A DNA stretch of 64,000 bases from Syntrophales bacterium (GTDB taxonomy: Bacteria; Desulfobacterota; Syntrophia; Syntrophales; UBA2185): NCBI GenBank assembly GCA_052144335.1, contig JBKQQP010000053.1, positions 62,818 through 126,817 of the forward strand. Reading direction: 5' to 3'. Position 1 is the stretch's first letter, and each line of letters opens with the position of its first letter. The notes under the pieces are model-generated. The model did no database searches and was not told where the DNA came from. It saw only the letters and a list, made by a program, of their open reading frames with translations. Made by a program: the position numbers and the translations under genes. This document shows positions 62,995 to 64,000 of the stretch, piece after piece.

Positions 62995-64000
62995 ATGACA
63001 GAGCGGTACGAGGCAGACAGTATAAAAGTATTGGAAGGTCTTGAAGCCGTGCGCAAGAGACCCGCCATGTACATAGGCAGCACCGGTAAAGATGGTCTGC
63101 ACCATTTGGTGTACGAAGTCGTTGATAACAGCGTTGATGAAGCAGCAGCGGGGTTTTGCGATACTATCGATGTCCGCGTCCGGGCCGATAACAGCGTCAT
63201 GGTAGATGACAACGGCCGCGGTATTCCCGTGGACATGCACAAGGAAGAAGGAATTCCGGCGGCCCAGGTTGTTCTCACCAAGCTTCACTCTGGTGCGAAG
63301 TTTTCTAACGAGAGCTACAAGATTTCCGGCGGTCTTCACGGCGTCGGCGTTTCCGTCGTCAATGCCCTTTCCTCATACCTCGAGCTGGAAGTGAGGAGGG
63401 AGGGGAAGGTTTACAGGCAGTCTTACTCAAGGGGTGAACCCACAAGCGAGTTGGAGGTTGTGGGGAAGACTCGTGGCCGAGGAACGAAGGTCACCTTCAA
63501 GCCCGACGACGAGATATTCGAGGAAGTTGAGTTCAGTTTCGATGTGCTTTCCAACCGTCTCCGCGAATTAGCCTTCCTGAACAAGGGACTTAAAATAACT
63601 CTGACGGACGAAAGGGACGGCAAGAAGAGCGAATTCTTTTACAAGGGCGGGATCGTATCCTTCGTAGAGTACATCAACCGCAACAAAGGCGTCCTTCACA
63701 AGAAGCCAATATATTTTGAAGGGGAGAAGGAAGATTGCTATGTGGAGGTCGCACTCCAATATAACGACACCTACGCAGAGGGCATCTTTTCCTATGTAAA
63801 CAGCATCAATACTACAGAAGGCGGAACACACTTAAGTGGTTTCAAGTCCGCTCTGACCCGTGCAATCAACAATTACGCGGCCAACAATAACCTTGTGAAA
63901 AACGGAAAAGACTCCATCCGGGGCGAAGATGTCCGGGAGGGGCTCTCCTGTGTCATCAGCGTTAAGCTGAAGGAACCCCAGTTTGAAGGGCAGACCAAAA
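62995..64000 (+). CDS. gyrB: DNA gyrase subunit B (N-terminal part; runs off window)
   Basis: Own translation from the ATG at 62995: MTERYEADSIKVLEGLEAVRKRPAMYIGSTGKDGLHHLVYEVVDNSVDEAAAG...DNGRGIPVD...GGLHGVGVSVVNALS. It is not in the ORF track because there is no stop within the window. Confidence 0.95.
   Translation, partial: MTERYEADSIKVLEGLEAVRKRPAMYIGSTGKDGLHHLVYEVVDNSVDEAAAGFCDTIDVRVRADNSVMVDDNGRGIPVDMHKEEGIPAAQVVLTKLHSGAKFSNESYKISGGLHGVGVSVVNALSSYLELEVRREGKVYRQSYSRGEPTSELEVVGKTRGRGTKVTFKPDDEIFEEVEFSFDVLSNRLRELAFLNKGLKITLTDERDGKKSEFFYKGGIVSFVEYINRNKGVLHKKPIYFEGEKEDCYVEVALQYNDTYAEGIFSYVNSINTTEGGTHLSGFKSALTRAINNYAANNNLVKNGKDSIRGEDVREGLSCVISVKLKEPQFEGQTK

Noticed and set aside
1-64000. 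Scan for rRNA/tRNA genes, CRISPR arrays, transposases, integrases, toxin-antitoxin pairs and known defence-system signature proteins.
   Set aside because: I recognised none in any frame. The only repeats are the short REP-like hairpins and the intragenic HEAT and Pro/Ala repeats.

Overview
64-kb chromosomal window, about 50% G+C by eye, with roughly 60 tightly packed protein-coding genes and many 1-4 nt start/stop overlaps. I saw no rRNA, tRNA, CRISPR array, transposase or integrase. All calls come from reading the supplied ORF translations, my own translation of two edge-truncated genes, and motif recognition from memory; no searches or folding were run. Gene content (ADP-forming acyl-CoA synthetase, several acyl-CoA dehydrogenases, a sigma-54 regulator, GatCAB, MtnA) suggests an anaerobic Deltaproteobacteria/Desulfobacterota-type genome, but that is inference only.

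Layout:
- 1-2.6 kb: a histidine kinase -> NtrC-type regulator operon and a small Pro/Ala-rich lipoprotein gene.
- 2.9-9.9 kb: a nine-gene fatty-acid-synthase-like operon behind a near-consensus sigma-54 promoter. Gene order is ACAD, KAS III, FabA, FabG, FabZ-like, KS, ACP, acyltransferase, PPTase.
- 9.9-17.7 kb, minus strand: one giant ORF of about 1,800 aa fusing a zincin-like module, a vWA/MIDAS domain, ten HEAT-like repeats and two AAA_5 (MoxR/midasin-type) ATPase modules. It is followed by DUF364, a PaaI thioesterase, a GNAT and MobB.
- 18.2-24.7 kb: a lower-GC stretch with a REP-like hairpin repeat family, a truncated atypical peptide-deformylase homolog and an MBL hydrolase bracketed by 41-nt direct repeats.
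- 24.7-43.2 kb: housekeeping genes (PPIase, ACS, ABC-F, CspA, MtnA, GatCAB, HDAC-like, TatAC, PBP1A).
- 43.2-51.1 kb: two tandem ilvBN pairs, each behind its own leader-peptide attenuator (one Val-rich, one Ile-rich), then ilvC and ilvD.
- 51.2-57.7 kb: an LPS-type operon including a KdnB/KdnA-like pair, hldD and kdsB.
- 57.8-64 kb: origin neighbourhood rsmG-parA-parB-dnaA-(AT-rich oriC candidate)-dnaN-gyrB.

Best candidates for something undescribed:
1. The giant vWA-HEAT-2xAAA_5 protein with its coupled downstream genes.
2. The sigma-54-controlled lipid cluster, which has no enoyl reductase.
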